Shown: one piece after another, positions 15,748 through 26,082 of the stretch
How the letters are laid out: each line of letters opens with the position of its first letter
Numbering within the stretch: position 1 is the first letter of the stretch
Assembly (NCBI RefSeq): GCF_000283555.1
Contig: NC_016012.1
Coordinates: forward strand, 570,001 to 602,000
DNA: 32,000 nucleotides
Direction: 5' to 3'
Source: Candidatus Arthromitus sp. SFB-rat-Yit
Lineage (GTDB): Bacteria > Bacillota > Clostridia > Clostridiales > Clostridiaceae
Translations under genes and position numbers: made by a program
Notes under the pieces: generated by a model
What the model saw: the letters and a program-made list of their open reading frames with translations, nothing else
What the model was told of the DNA's origin: nothing
Databases searched by the model: none

Positions 15748-17982
15748 ATGGGAGATCTAATGAGTGGGTATGCAAAAATAATAATACAATCTATAAGCGA
15801 TAAGTTAGATAGATTTTTTACATATTTAATACCAGATGAAATGGAAAGTGAAATTTCTCTGGGAAATGTTGTGAAAGTACATTTTGGATCTAATAAGAAA
15901 TTAATTTTTGGATTTGTTTTTGAAATATTGTGTGAGGAGGAGTTATCCGAAGAGGATAAAAAATATTTACATAAAATAAAGAGTTTAAATTCCATTGATA
16001 AAAGATTTTGTCTGAATCGGGAATCCATAGAACTTATTAAATATATACGCAATAAATATTTGTCTTCGTATTATGAGGCTATATCCTTATTTATACCGTC
16101 AAAGTTTTTAGATGACATAAATTTGAGAGTTAAGGATTGTTTATATCTGGATTCTAATGTCATTGTACCAGACAGATTTAAAAAAGATATGTATATTAAA
16201 ATAATGGAGTTTGTATTTAATAATCCAAATCTCTATGATAAAAATGAATTGAGTAAAATTAATAACTTTTCAAAGAGTTCTATATCTACTCTAATAAAAC
16301 ATGGAATATTGAAAATTATATCAAAGGAAAAATCCGTAATTTCTTCGATAGAGAATTTAAATTATATAAAAAAATATCTTAACGATGAACAAAAAACAGT
16401 TTATAATGAGATTATACACGGAAGCGAAAAGGTTTTTTTGGTACACGGTGTTACTGGTAGTGGTAAGACAGAGGTTTATTTAAGTATATTTCAAAATTTT
16501 ATTGATAGAGGTTATGATTGTTTAATACTTGTACCAGAAATTTCTCTTACTCCACAGATGATTGATAGAGTAAGGGAGAGATTTGATAATGATGTTGTTG
16601 TATATCATAGCAAGCTAACTGTTACTGAGCGTTTTACTGAATGGCAAAAAATTAATAATGGTAAAGTTAAGGTTGCTATAGGAACACGTTCGGCTCTTTT
16701 TCTTCCCTTTAAGAATTTAGGTTGTATTGTAATCGATGAAGAACATGAGGGTACATATAAATCTGACAGTGATCCAAAGTATTTGGTTAGGGATGTTGCT
16801 GTTAAATACTCTGAATTTAAAGAGGATTTAAAGATTATACTTGGATCGGCTACACCTAGTATAGAATCATATACTTTAGCCATGGAAGGTAAATATAAAC
16901 TTTTGAATATTAAAAATAGAGTTAATAATAGAAGTTTTCCGACTGTTTCTGTTGTTAATATGAAAGATGAACTCAAGTGCGGAAATAAATCTATTTTTAG
17001 TAGAGCTTTGTATGACAAAATAAATGATAGGCTTTCTAAATCTGAGCAAGTAATACTGTTTATCAATAAACGTGGGTTTTCTAGTTTCGTTTCATGTAGA
17101 GCTTGCGGATATGTTTATAAATGTAAGTATTGTGATATAACTTTGACATATCATGGGAATAATAGTCATTTAATATGCCATTATTGTGGATATGCACAGG
17201 CTATGAGTAATATATGCGTTGAATGCGGAAGCAACTATGTTAAACATTTTGGAATTGGGACAGAAAAAGTTGAGTTTATAACTAGAAATATATTTCAAAA
17301 GGCTAAGGTTCTTAGGATGGATTTTGACACTACTAGGAAGAAAAATTCATATTCAAAGTTTTATGATGAGATAAAAAATAAGAATGTTGATATTATAATT
17401 GGAACTCAAATGATTGCCAAAGGATTTGATTTTGAAGATGTGACACTTGTTGGTATTTTGGCAGCAGATTTGAGCATGAATGTTCCTGACTATAAAGCAT
17501 ATGAAAGAACTTTTCAACTTTTGAATCAAGTTTCGGGAAGAGCTGGTAGGGGAAATAAGTCTGGGGAGGTTTGTATACAGACATACAGTCCAGAAAATTA
17601 TGTTATAAGACATTCGATGAATAATGATTATAAATCATTTTATGATGAAGAAATTAAACTTAGAAAAATGTTAAATTATCCACCGTTTACAGATATATTA
17701 AATGTATTATTTCAGGCAAAACATGAAAATTTATATCGTGAATTTCTTGTTCCTTTGTATAAGGAACTCAAGGGAAAATTCGAAATGAAATATCAAATTT
17801 TAGGTCCATCTTATTGTATGATATCAAAAATAAATGATTATTATAGGTGGCAGATTATTTTCAAAGGAGATCAAGACGAGGAAATTTATAATGAAATAAA
17901 AACTTTAATTAATAATAGGTTAAGTGAAGTTAAATTTGAATATAAGATAAGTTTTGATGTAAATCCATATTCAATATTTTAA
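15748..17982 (+). CDS. priA: Primosomal protein N' (replication restart helicase PriA)
   Basis: FLVHGVTGSGKTEVYL, VDEEHEGTYK, Cys-rich CRACGYVYKCKYCDITLTYH...CHYCGYA...CVECGS, GTQMIAKGFDF. Confidence 0.97.
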   Translation: MGDLMSGYAKIIIQSISDKLDRFFTYLIPDEMESEISLGNVVKVHFGSNKKLIFGFVFEILCEEELSEEDKKYLHKIKSLNSIDKRFCLNRESIELIKYIRNKYLSSYYEAISLFIPSKFLDDINLRVKDCLYLDSNVIVPDRFKKDMYIKIMEFVFNNPNLYDKNELSKINNFSKSSISTLIKHGILKIISKEKSVISSIENLNYIKKYLNDEQKTVYNEIIHGSEKVFLVHGVTGSGKTEVYLSIFQNFIDRGYDCLILVPEISLTPQMIDRVRERFDNDVVVYHSKLTVTERFTEWQKINNGKVKVAIGTRSALFLPFKNLGCIVIDEEHEGTYKSDSDPKYLVRDVAVKYSEFKEDLKIILGSATPSIESYTLAMEGKYKLLNIKNRVNNRSFPTVSVVNMKDELKCGNKSIFSRALYDKINDRLSKSEQVILFINKRGFSSFVSCRACGYVYKCKYCDITLTYHGNNSHLICHYCGYAQAMSNICVECGSNYVKHFGIGTEKVEFITRNIFQKAKVLRMDFDTTRKKNSYSKFYDEIKNKNVDIIIGTQMIAKGFDFEDVTLVGILAADLSMNVPDYKAYERTFQLLNQVSGRAGRGNKSGEVCIQTYSPENYVIRHSMNNDYKSFYDEEIKLRKMLNYPPFTDILNVLFQAKHENLYREFLVPLYKELKGKFEMKYQILGPSYCMISKINDYYRWQIIFKGDQDEEIYNEIKTLINNRLSEVKFEYKISFDVNPYSIF

Positions 17983-17995
17983 GGAGGAAAATTAA

Positions 17996-18442
17996 ATGGC
18001 ATTAAGACAAATAAGGATTGATGGAGATGAAATTTTAAGAAAGATAAGTAAGAAAGTAGATGTAATAGATGACAATCTAAAACAATTAGTTGAAGATATG
18101 TTTGAAACTATGTATTACGCTGATGGGGTTGGATTAGCAGCACCACAGATTGGGATATTAAAAAGAATAATAGTTATTGATATAGAAGTTATAAAAAAAG
18201 TTATGATAAACCCAGAAATAATCTCCGAAAGTACAAGTGAAACGCAAGATGGACCTGAAGGGTGTTTAAGTATTCCTGGTATTGAGGATAATGTAAGACG
18301 TCCAAAAGTTTTAACAGTTAGATATATGAATTTAGATGGGGAAATTGTAACGGAAGAGGCTAGAGATTTATATGCACGGGTTATTTGTCATGAAGTAGAC
18401 CATCTAAATGGAATTTTATTTACCGATAAAGTTTTGAAATAA
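17996..18442 (+). CDS. def: Peptide deformylase
   Basis: GVGLAAPQIG, GCLSIPG, ICHEVDHLNGILF. Confidence 0.97.
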   Translation: MALRQIRIDGDEILRKISKKVDVIDDNLKQLVEDMFETMYYADGVGLAAPQIGILKRIIVIDIEVIKKVMINPEIISESTSETQDGPEGCLSIPGIEDNVRRPKVLTVRYMNLDGEIVTEEARDLYARVICHEVDHLNGILFTDKVLK

Positions 18443-18449
18443 AAAGAAG

Positions 18450-19412
18450 GTGTTTGATTTGGGCAAAGATAAATTTAATGTATTATTTATGGGAACGCCA
18501 GAATTTGCAGTTGATACACTTGAGATGCTTGTGAATAACCATAATGTTTTAGGAGTTGTAACTCAACCAGACAAACCTCAAGGTAGAGGATATAAATTAA
18601 AATCATCACCTGTTAAGGAGATTGCTTTAAAATATAATTTAGATGTATATCAGCCTGACAAAATTAAAGGCAATATTGATTTTATTGATAAAATTAAGAG
18701 TATGGATTTGGATTTAATAATTGTTGTTGCGTATGGTAAAATATTACCATCAGATATTTTAAATATACCTAAGTTTGGATGTATAAATTCGCATGCTTCT
18801 TTATTACCAAGACATAGAGGAGCAGCACCAATTAATTTTTCTATAATATCTGGGGATAATAAAGGCGGAATAACTACTATGTTTATGGATGAAGGATTGG
18901 ATACTGGCGATATAATCGAAAAATATGAAGTAAAAATTGATGAAAATATGACAGCAGGTCAATTGCATGATAAATTAAAGGTTATAAGTTCTGAGGGAAT
19001 GAAAGACACACTTAAAAAAATAAAAAATGGAACTATAAGAAGACAAAAACAGGATGATTCGCAAAGCACATATGCTCCAATGCTTACAAAGGAATTTGGA
19101 CATATTGATTTTTCAAAATCCGCAAAGGATATAGTTAATTTAATAAGAGGATTAAATCCATGGCCTGTTGCATATTGTTTATATGAAGAAAAAAAAATAA
19201 AGATATATGAAGCAAAAAATGTTTCGTTTACTGAAGATAAGTATAAGAATTCAGATTATGGACAAATAGTAAAAGTAGATGATGAGGGTATTTTAGTTAA
19301 ATGTGGCCGAGGATTCATTTTGATAACTATAATACAATTTGAAAGTAAAAAAGTTATGTCTATTAAATCTTTCTTAAATGGTAATATTATAAATAAAGTT
19401 AAGTTAAATTAA
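18450..19412 (+). CDS. fmt: Methionyl-tRNA formyltransferase
   Basis: VLFMGTPEFAVDTLEML...GCINSHASLLPRHRGAAPINFSI...NPWPVAY. Confidence 0.97.
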   Translation: MFDLGKDKFNVLFMGTPEFAVDTLEMLVNNHNVLGVVTQPDKPQGRGYKLKSSPVKEIALKYNLDVYQPDKIKGNIDFIDKIKSMDLDLIIVVAYGKILPSDILNIPKFGCINSHASLLPRHRGAAPINFSIISGDNKGGITTMFMDEGLDTGDIIEKYEVKIDENMTAGQLHDKLKVISSEGMKDTLKKIKNGTIRRQKQDDSQSTYAPMLTKEFGHIDFSKSAKDIVNLIRGLNPWPVAYCLYEEKKIKIYEAKNVSFTEDKYKNSDYGQIVKVDDEGILVKCGRGFILITIIQFESKKVMSIKSFLNGNIINKVKLN

Positions 19413-19424
19413 GGAGTGATTTAA

Positions 19425-20105
19425 ATGTTTTATTTTGATAGGACAATAATTTTGCTAATACCAGCAATAATTGTTAGTGTAATTGCTCAAATTAAAATCT
19501 CATCTTCGTATAATAAATATTCTAAAGTTACTAATCAACATGGGATTACAGGAGAACAAGTTGCTCTCGAAATTTTGAGATCAAATGGAATTTACGATGT
19601 TGAGGTTGAAATGGTTAATGGTCAAATGACAGATCATTATGATCCTAGAGCTAAAAAATTAAGGTTGTCACGTGATGTTTATTTTGGAACATCTATAGCA
19701 GCAGTTGGAATTGCGGCTCATGAGGTTGGTCACGCGATACAACATAATACTAATTATGTTCCTTTGATTTTGAGAAATTCAATTGTTCCAGCTGTTAATT
19801 TTGGAGCTGGGTTTTCTTGGATATTATTTTTACTTGGATTAATAATGAGTATAAAACCATTACTTACTATTGGTATAGCTTTATTTTCACTTACGGTTAT
19901 ATTTCAATTAATAACACTTCCTGTTGAATTTAACGCTTCAAATAGAGCGATAAAATCAATTAAAAATATGGGGTTATTAGTTGGAAGTGAAATTAATGGC
20001 GCGAAAAATGTTTTGTCATCAGCAGCATTAACATATGTAGCAGCGGCTTTAATGTCAGTCATGAGTTTGCTTAGACTTATAGTATTAGCAAGGGGAGATG
20101 AATGA
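19425..20105 (+). CDS. Zinc metallopeptidase (YugP family)
   Basis: HEVGHAIQH; LPVEFNASNRAI; usual location between fmt and rsmB. Confidence 0.9.
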   Translation: MFYFDRTIILLIPAIIVSVIAQIKISSSYNKYSKVTNQHGITGEQVALEILRSNGIYDVEVEMVNGQMTDHYDPRAKKLRLSRDVYFGTSIAAVGIAAHEVGHAIQHNTNYVPLILRNSIVPAVNFGAGFSWILFLLGLIMSIKPLLTIGIALFSLTVIFQLITLPVEFNASNRAIKSIKNMGLLVGSEINGAKNVLSSAALTYVAAALMSVMSLLRLIVLARGDE

Positions 20106-21409
20106 TAAATAATTTAAGATATGATTGTGTTATTATACTTAATAATGTTTTAAACGGTGGAGCTTATTCGAATATTACACTTAAGGATTATTTAGATAAA
20201 TCAGATTTGAAATATATAGATAAGAAGTTAGTTACAGAGATTGTATATGGTACAATACGTTATAAGTTAACTATCGATGGTATATTAAGTAAGTTTGTTA
20301 AGAAACTTGATCAAAATGATATTTCAACTATTATTCTTAGAAGTGCAATTTATCAGCTTAAATATCTTGATAAGATTCCTGAATATTCTGTTTTAAATGA
20401 AAGTGTGGAAGTTGCTAAAAAATTATGTAGGAATAAGAGTGGATTTGTTAATGGAGTTTTAAGAAGTTATTTAAGAAATAAGAAGCTCATTGATGGTTAT
20501 AAGAATACTCTGCAATATGAGTATTCTTTTTCTTCATGGATGATAAAGTTATTTAAAGATCAGTATTCTAAAAATTATATAAGTTTGATGGAAGCTTTAA
20601 ATAAAAGAAGTGAAACTTGTTATAGAGTTAATTCTAAAATTATTTCCAAGAAGGATTTTATAGAAAAGTTTGGAGATGAATTTAAAATTGAGGATATTGA
20701 TGGATTTAAAAACGCTATAAAGATTAAGTCGCTAATTAATATATCTCAATCAGAATTATACAAAAATAGTTTTATTAGTGTTCAAGGTTTGAGTTCTCAG
20801 GTAGCTTGTGAAATATTAAATCCTATTGAGGATGATGTGATTATTGATTTATGTGCAGCACCTGGAGGTAAATCTACATATATTGCTGAACTTTCAAAAG
20901 ATAAGTGCAAGATAATTTCTTGTGATGTTTATGATCATAGAATAGAGTTGATTAAAAATAGTGCAAGAAGATTAAAACTCAATTCCATAGATTATTTTAT
21001 AAATGATGCTACTATTTTGAATGAAAAGTTTATTGATAAAGCAGATAAGGTTTTAGTTGATGCTCCATGTTCGGGGTTAGGAGTTATTAACAAGAAACCT
21101 GAAATAAAATGGTTTAAAAATATTTCTGATTTGAAAGAAATTATTAATATACAGAGAAAAATTATTCTGAATGCATCAAGATATGTTAAATCAAGCGGTG
21201 TTTTAATGTATACTACATGTACTCTCAATAAAAATGAAAATGAAGAAATAATCAAATGGTTTTTGAGAAGTAATAGTGATTTTGTCGTGGAAGAAATTGA
21301 AGATTATCATTTTGGAAATTTGTATTTTGAAAATGAGAATGGAATGGTTACTATTTTTCCAAGTGAAGTTAATAATGGATTTTTTATAACTAAATTAAGA
21401 AAAAATTAA
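20102..21409 (+). CDS. rsmB: 16S rRNA (cytosine-967-C5)-methyltransferase
   Basis: LCAAPGGKSTYIAEL, VDAPCSGLGVINKKPEIKW, YTTCTLNKNENEEII. Confidence 0.94.
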   Translation: MINNLRYDCVIILNNVLNGGAYSNITLKDYLDKSDLKYIDKKLVTEIVYGTIRYKLTIDGILSKFVKKLDQNDISTIILRSAIYQLKYLDKIPEYSVLNESVEVAKKLCRNKSGFVNGVLRSYLRNKKLIDGYKNTLQYEYSFSSWMIKLFKDQYSKNYISLMEALNKRSETCYRVNSKIISKKDFIEKFGDEFKIEDIDGFKNAIKIKSLINISQSELYKNSFISVQGLSSQVACEILNPIEDDVIIDLCAAPGGKSTYIAELSKDKCKIISCDVYDHRIELIKNSARRLKLNSIDYFINDATILNEKFIDKADKVLVDAPCSGLGVINKKPEIKWFKNISDLKEIINIQRKIILNASRYVKSSGVLMYTTCTLNKNENEEIIKWFLRSNSDFVVEEIEDYHFGNLYFENENGMVTIFPSEVNNGFFITKLRKN

Positions 21410-21418
21410 GAGGATTAT

Positions 21419-22429
21419 ATGTTAAATGTATTGAATTTTAAATGTGATGGACTTAGAAAATATTTAGAGGAAAATAAATTTAGAGGATTTAAAGCGAATC
21501 AAATAATAGATTGGATTTATAATAAGAAGGTTTTTGATTTTAATGAGATGACAAATCTTAGTAATGTAGAAAGAAAACAATTTAATGACATCTTAAAGAT
21601 TGAGTTACCATTAATTGAAAAAGTTCAAAAGTCAAAGGATGGAACAGTTAAGTTTTTATTAAAATTAGTTGATGGAAATTTAATAGAATGTGTGTTTATG
21701 ATGTATGAATATGGAAATACTATTTGTATTTCTACTCAAGTTGGTTGTGCTATGGGGTGTAAATTTTGTGCATCTACCGTAAATGGGTTTCTAAGAAATT
21801 TGGAATTGTGTGAGCTTATGGGTCAGATTTTAGTTGTTGAGAAATATACGAGGAAGAAAATAAATCGTATAGTTCTTATGGGTACTGGTGAACCATTGTA
21901 TAATTACGAAAATGTAGTAACGTTTATACATGAAATGAAAAGCAAGATGGGAATGAGTAATAGACATATAACTTTGTCTACTTGCGGAATAGTACCTAAA
22001 ATTTATGATTTAGCGAAAGAAGATTTGAATATAAATCTTGCTATATCATTGCACGCTGTTAGTGATGATAAGCGTAAGACTATAATGCCCATAGCAAATA
22101 AATACTCCATAGATCAGTTGATCGAAGCGTGTTTGGATTATTTTGATAAAACTAAAAGGAGGATATCTTTTGAGTATCTTCTTATAAATGGTATTAATGA
22201 TGGCGAAGATGATGCTAAATCATTAGTTTCATTGTGTAAGAGAAGTAAGGCACACGTTAATTTAATACCAGTTAATGAAATAAACGAAAATGATTTTAAG
22301 GAGTCTAAGAGATTAAAAGAGTTTTATAATTATTTGTTGGATTCAGGTGTAAATGCAACAATGAGACAGAAAAAGGGAGTAGATATAGATGCAGCATGTG
22401 GTCAGCTTAGATTGAGTTATAGTAAGTAG
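21419..22429 (+). CDS. rlmN: Dual-specificity RNA methyltransferase RlmN (radical SAM)
   Basis: STQVGCAMGCKFCAS, RIVLMGTGEPLYNYENV, HITLSTCGIVP, RQKKGVDIDAACGQL. Confidence 0.97.
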   Translation: MLNVLNFKCDGLRKYLEENKFRGFKANQIIDWIYNKKVFDFNEMTNLSNVERKQFNDILKIELPLIEKVQKSKDGTVKFLLKLVDGNLIECVFMMYEYGNTICISTQVGCAMGCKFCASTVNGFLRNLELCELMGQILVVEKYTRKKINRIVLMGTGEPLYNYENVVTFIHEMKSKMGMSNRHITLSTCGIVPKIYDLAKEDLNINLAISLHAVSDDKRKTIMPIANKYSIDQLIEACLDYFDKTKRRISFEYLLINGINDGEDDAKSLVSLCKRSKAHVNLIPVNEINENDFKESKRLKEFYNYLLDSGVNATMRQKKGVDIDAACGQLRLSYSK

Positions 22430-22443
22430 GGGGATATTCTATA

Positions 22444-23175
22444 ATGGTTGGAGCTATGAGTGATATAGGTAATCTTAGAGTTGTTAATGAGGATTATTTA
22501 GATTATTATATATGTGATAGTTATCAATTGTATATTATTGCTGACGGCATGGGAGGGCATAATGCTGGTGACATTGCTAGCAAGATATGTGTTCGAATGA
22601 TTAAAGAGTACATAATAAATGAATATTTTGATGGTATTGATTTGGAATTGCTTTTGAAGAATGCAGTTCAATTTGCAAATAGAGAAATCTATTTTAAGTC
22701 TTTGGAAAATAAGAAGTATAAGGGAATGGGTACTACACTTACTCTTTCTCTCGTTCGGGGTAATAAAATTTATATTGTTAACGTTGGAGATAGTTGTTTT
22801 TTCTCTATAGATGGTAGAGAGATAACGAAGATAACTAAGGATCATTCATTTGTGCAACAATTAATAGATAATGGTTTGTTAAGTCAAGATGAAGCGAAGG
22901 ATTATCCAAATAGAAATATTATAACTAGATCTATTGGGATTAATGTTAGTGTGGAAATAGATATGTTTATTATAAATAATGATAAAAATTTTTATTTGTT
23001 GTGTACAGATGGATTAATAAATGAGATGAATCAAGATGAAATAGTTCCATATATAGAAAACAATAAGAATGATTTGTATAAAGCATGTAATGATTTGATT
23101 ACTTTAGCTAAAGAAAGAGGAGGCAGAGATAACGTATCTCTAATAATTTTTGGAGGCACTAGCAATGATAGGTAA
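22444..23175 (+). CDS. PP2C-family Ser/Thr protein phosphatase (PrpC/Stp)
   Basis: IADGMGGHNAGDIAS, LYLFCTDGL-like LLCTDGLINEM, RDNVSLIIF. Confidence 0.95.
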   Translation: MVGAMSDIGNLRVVNEDYLDYYICDSYQLYIIADGMGGHNAGDIASKICVRMIKEYIINEYFDGIDLELLLKNAVQFANREIYFKSLENKKYKGMGTTLTLSLVRGNKIYIVNVGDSCFFSIDGREITKITKDHSFVQQLIDNGLLSQDEAKDYPNRNIITRSIGINVSVEIDMFIINNDKNFYLLCTDGLINEMNQDEIVPYIENNKNDLYKACNDLITLAKERGGRDNVSLIIFGGTSNDR

Positions 23176-25060
23176 GGTAATAGGTGGTAGGTATGAAATA
23201 ATAGAAAAACTTGGCGAAGGTGGCATGGCAAATGTATACAAAGCTAAGTGTAGAATATTAAAGAGATTTATTACAATTAAAATTCTTAAACAGGAACTCA
23301 TTAATGATGAAGAATTTGTACGTAAGTTTAAGGATGAGGCAATGGAAGTTGCTAAGTTATCTGACAATAATATAGTAAAAGTTTATGATATAGGTGTTGA
23401 AGATAATTTTCATTATATTGTAATGGAATATATAGATGGAAAGACTTTGAAAGAGCACATAAGCGAAAAGGGAGTGCTTTCCATTAAAGAAGCATTGGAT
23501 TTTAGTATACAAATTTGTAATGGGTTAGTTATTGCTCACGATATAGAATTAATACATAGGGACATAAAGTCTCAAAATATTTTGGTTTCTAATTATGGCA
23601 ATATAAAAGTAACTGACTTTGGAATAGCGAAGTCATCTGATTCTGCCACGATCACTAATTCGGGAAAGATATTAGGGTCGGCATATTACATATCTCCAGA
23701 GCAAGCTCGTGGTAATTTCGTAGATTGTAGAAGTGATATTTATTCTTTTGGTGTTGTGATGTATGAAATGTTTACTGGAAGACTCCCATTTACTCATGGT
23801 ACGCCAGTTAATGTTGCGTTGCAGCATATACAGGTAGATCCAATTGAACCTATGGATATAGTTAAAAAATTACCTATTGGAATAAATAATCTCATAATAA
23901 AATGTCTTCAAAAAAATCCGGCATTGAGGTATCAGAGTGCTAAGGAATTAAGAGATGATTTAAAGGCTCTACAAAATAACAAAAAACATTTTGTTACAAG
24001 ATGCAATATGGTAGATAAAACTACAGTTATGTCTGCAGTTACACCACAGATACAAAATAAGACAAATGATAGTAAAATATTTAAAAATCTTGTTATTGTT
24101 CTTTGCTCTATACTTGCTTTCATTATTCTAATACTGATTTTTAATAGAGGTTTATTGGGAAAACCTTCAAGTAATATTACGGTTCCTTCGTTTTTAGGAA
24201 AGACAGGGGTTCAATATGAACAAGAATTGGAAAAATTAGGTTTAAATTATAAAATTTCTGGATATGTTACTAGTGATTTAGAGAAGAATTTTGTGGTAGA
24301 TACTTATCCAAAAGAGGGTACAGTAGTTAGAAAAGGTGATACTGTTAAAGCGATATTAAGTGAAGGTGTGGAATTAATAAAGGTTCCTAATGTTATTAAT
24401 ATGACTATAGAAAGAGCAAGATTAATTTTACAGAGAGAAGGACTTATTATTGGAAATATAGAAGAAAGATTTAGTGATGTATATGAACGTGGTGTAATAA
24501 TGATTCAGAATCCGAGTCCAGGTTCTCAAATAAATAAAAACGAAACTGTGTCTATCGTTATAAGTAGAGGATCTGAAACTTCACTCGTTACTGTTCCGCA
24601 GTTTGTAGGCAAAGATATAGTTGAAGCTCAGAATTTAGCTGTTTTAAGCGGAATTAATATAAAATTGAAATCAATAGATACAGAAGTACAGGATAATGAC
24701 AAAAAAATATTTTATCAATCTGTTCCGGATGGGATTGAAATCAAACCAACAGTTGAAATTGAATTAAGTTATTATAATTATGTGAAGAAGCAAGTGCTTG
24801 ATGATGCTAATACTTCTGATAAAGATACAAATATAAATGAAAATAACAATATAAAAGATGACCCTATTAATGATACTGATGATAATAAAAATAACACTGA
24901 AGAAAATAATGTAAATAATTCAAGTACGAATAAGTTAAATACAGAAGGTTCAAATGTAGATAAAAAAGATGATATTATTGATGAAAATATGAGTAAAGAG
25001 GATAACGTGAATCAAACAGAGGGGAATGACATTGTTAATTCTACAATTGAAGTTGATTAG
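23165..25060 (+). CDS. prkC: Eukaryotic-type Ser/Thr protein kinase with PASTA repeats (PrkC/PknB-like); start trimmed from 23150
   Basis: GGRYEIIEKLGEGGMANVYKAKC, HRDIKSQNILV, DFGIAKS; one TM segment (IVLCSILAFIILILIF) and three PASTA-like units; ggagg ribosome-binding site before ATG 23165. Confidence 0.95.
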   Translation: MIGKVIGGRYEIIEKLGEGGMANVYKAKCRILKRFITIKILKQELINDEEFVRKFKDEAMEVAKLSDNNIVKVYDIGVEDNFHYIVMEYIDGKTLKEHISEKGVLSIKEALDFSIQICNGLVIAHDIELIHRDIKSQNILVSNYGNIKVTDFGIAKSSDSATITNSGKILGSAYYISPEQARGNFVDCRSDIYSFGVVMYEMFTGRLPFTHGTPVNVALQHIQVDPIEPMDIVKKLPIGINNLIIKCLQKNPALRYQSAKELRDDLKALQNNKKHFVTRCNMVDKTTVMSAVTPQIQNKTNDSKIFKNLVIVLCSILAFIILILIFNRGLLGKPSSNITVPSFLGKTGVQYEQELEKLGLNYKISGYVTSDLEKNFVVDTYPKEGTVVRKGDTVKAILSEGVELIKVPNVINMTIERARLILQREGLIIGNIEERFSDVYERGVIMIQNPSPGSQINKNETVSIVISRGSETSLVTVPQFVGKDIVEAQNLAVLSGINIKLKSIDTEVQDNDKKIFYQSVPDGIEIKPTVEIELSYYNYVKKQVLDDANTSDKDTNINENNNIKDDPINDTDDNKNNTEENNVNNSSTNKLNTEGSNVDKKDDIIDENMSKEDNVNQTEGNDIVNSTIEVD

Positions 25061-25111
25061 TTTGAAGTGAATTAATTTTAGGGTTTTAATAAGTGTATTG
25101 ATATTTAGTTT

Positions 25112-25157
25112 ATAGCTTTTTAAAAATTTATATTTAAATTTTTAAAGGCTATTTTTT
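25112..25157 (+). terminator. Terminator after prkC
   Basis: atagctttttaaaaattta...taaatttttaaaggctat hairpin then ttttt. Confidence 0.65.
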
Positions 25158-25189
25158 AATGATTAAATTTATTGATAAGGAACTGAGGT

Positions 25190-26077
25190 ATGGTTGAAAT
25201 TGAAGGAATTATAGCAAAAGCTATAGATGGGTTTTATTATATATTAGTTAATAAAGAGGAGTATTGTTGTAGATCTAGGAAAAAATTTAGATTTAAAGAA
25301 ATTGAACCTAAAGTGGGAGATAAGGTAACTATAAAGATAATTGATTTTGAAAAAAGAGAAGGGGTTATCGAAAAAATTCACGAAAGAACTTCGGACTTTA
25401 TAAGACCACAAATTTCAAATGTTACACAAGTGTTTATAGTGTTAGCATATCTTGAGCCTAAAGTTAATCTTGAAATGTTGAACAAAATGCTTATTAATTT
25501 TGAGGTTGAGGGAGTCAAAACTAATATAATAATTAATAAATGTGATTTACATGGAGAAGAAGATGATAGAGAAGTTAATGAATTATTTAAAAGTTTCCCT
25601 TATGATGTGATTAAGGTAAGTGTAAAGGATAGAATTAACATAAATACTATAAAAAATAAATTACATAATAATATAAGTTGTTTTTGTGGGGCATCTGGGG
25701 TTGGGAAATCAAGTTTGCTAAATGAAATTGTATCGAAAAATATAATGGATATTTCAACATTGAGTCAAAAAATTAAAAGGGGTAAACATACGACGAGATT
25801 TTCTCAATTGATATATATTGATGAGTTAGATGGATATTTAATTGATACTCCAGGATTTACCTCTGTGAGTATTTCGAAAAATATAGGTATGGATGATTTG
25901 AAGGAATACTTTATTGAGTTTATGGATTATTATGAGGGCTGTAAGTTTAGAGGCTGTAGACATATTAATGAGGCTCAGTGCAATGTAAAGAAAGCTGTTC
26001 AACATGGTAAGATAAATGAAATGAGGTACGAAATGTATGTAAGATTTTACAACAAATTTAACCAAAAGGAGAAGTAA
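25190..26077 (+). CDS. rsgA: Ribosome small-subunit-dependent GTPase A (circularly permuted)
   Basis: GASGVGKSSLLNEI, GKHTTRFSQL, DTPGFTS, C-terminal Cys cluster CKFRGCRHINEAQCNVKKAV. Confidence 0.96.
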   Translation: MVEIEGIIAKAIDGFYYILVNKEEYCCRSRKKFRFKEIEPKVGDKVTIKIIDFEKREGVIEKIHERTSDFIRPQISNVTQVFIVLAYLEPKVNLEMLNKMLINFEVEGVKTNIIINKCDLHGEEDDREVNELFKSFPYDVIKVSVKDRININTIKNKLHNNISCFCGASGVGKSSLLNEIVSKNIMDISTLSQKIKRGKHTTRFSQLIYIDELDGYLIDTPGFTSVSISKNIGMDDLKEYFIEFMDYYEGCKFRGCRHINEAQCNVKKAVQHGKINEMRYEMYVRFYNKFNQKEK

Positions 26078-26082
26078 TTGTA

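Noticed and set aside
16605-17066. 153-aa and other minus-strand ORFs (15735-16052, 17353-17613) inside priA
   Set aside because: Lie within conserved PriA motifs on the opposite strand; shadow ORFs in AT-rich DNA.
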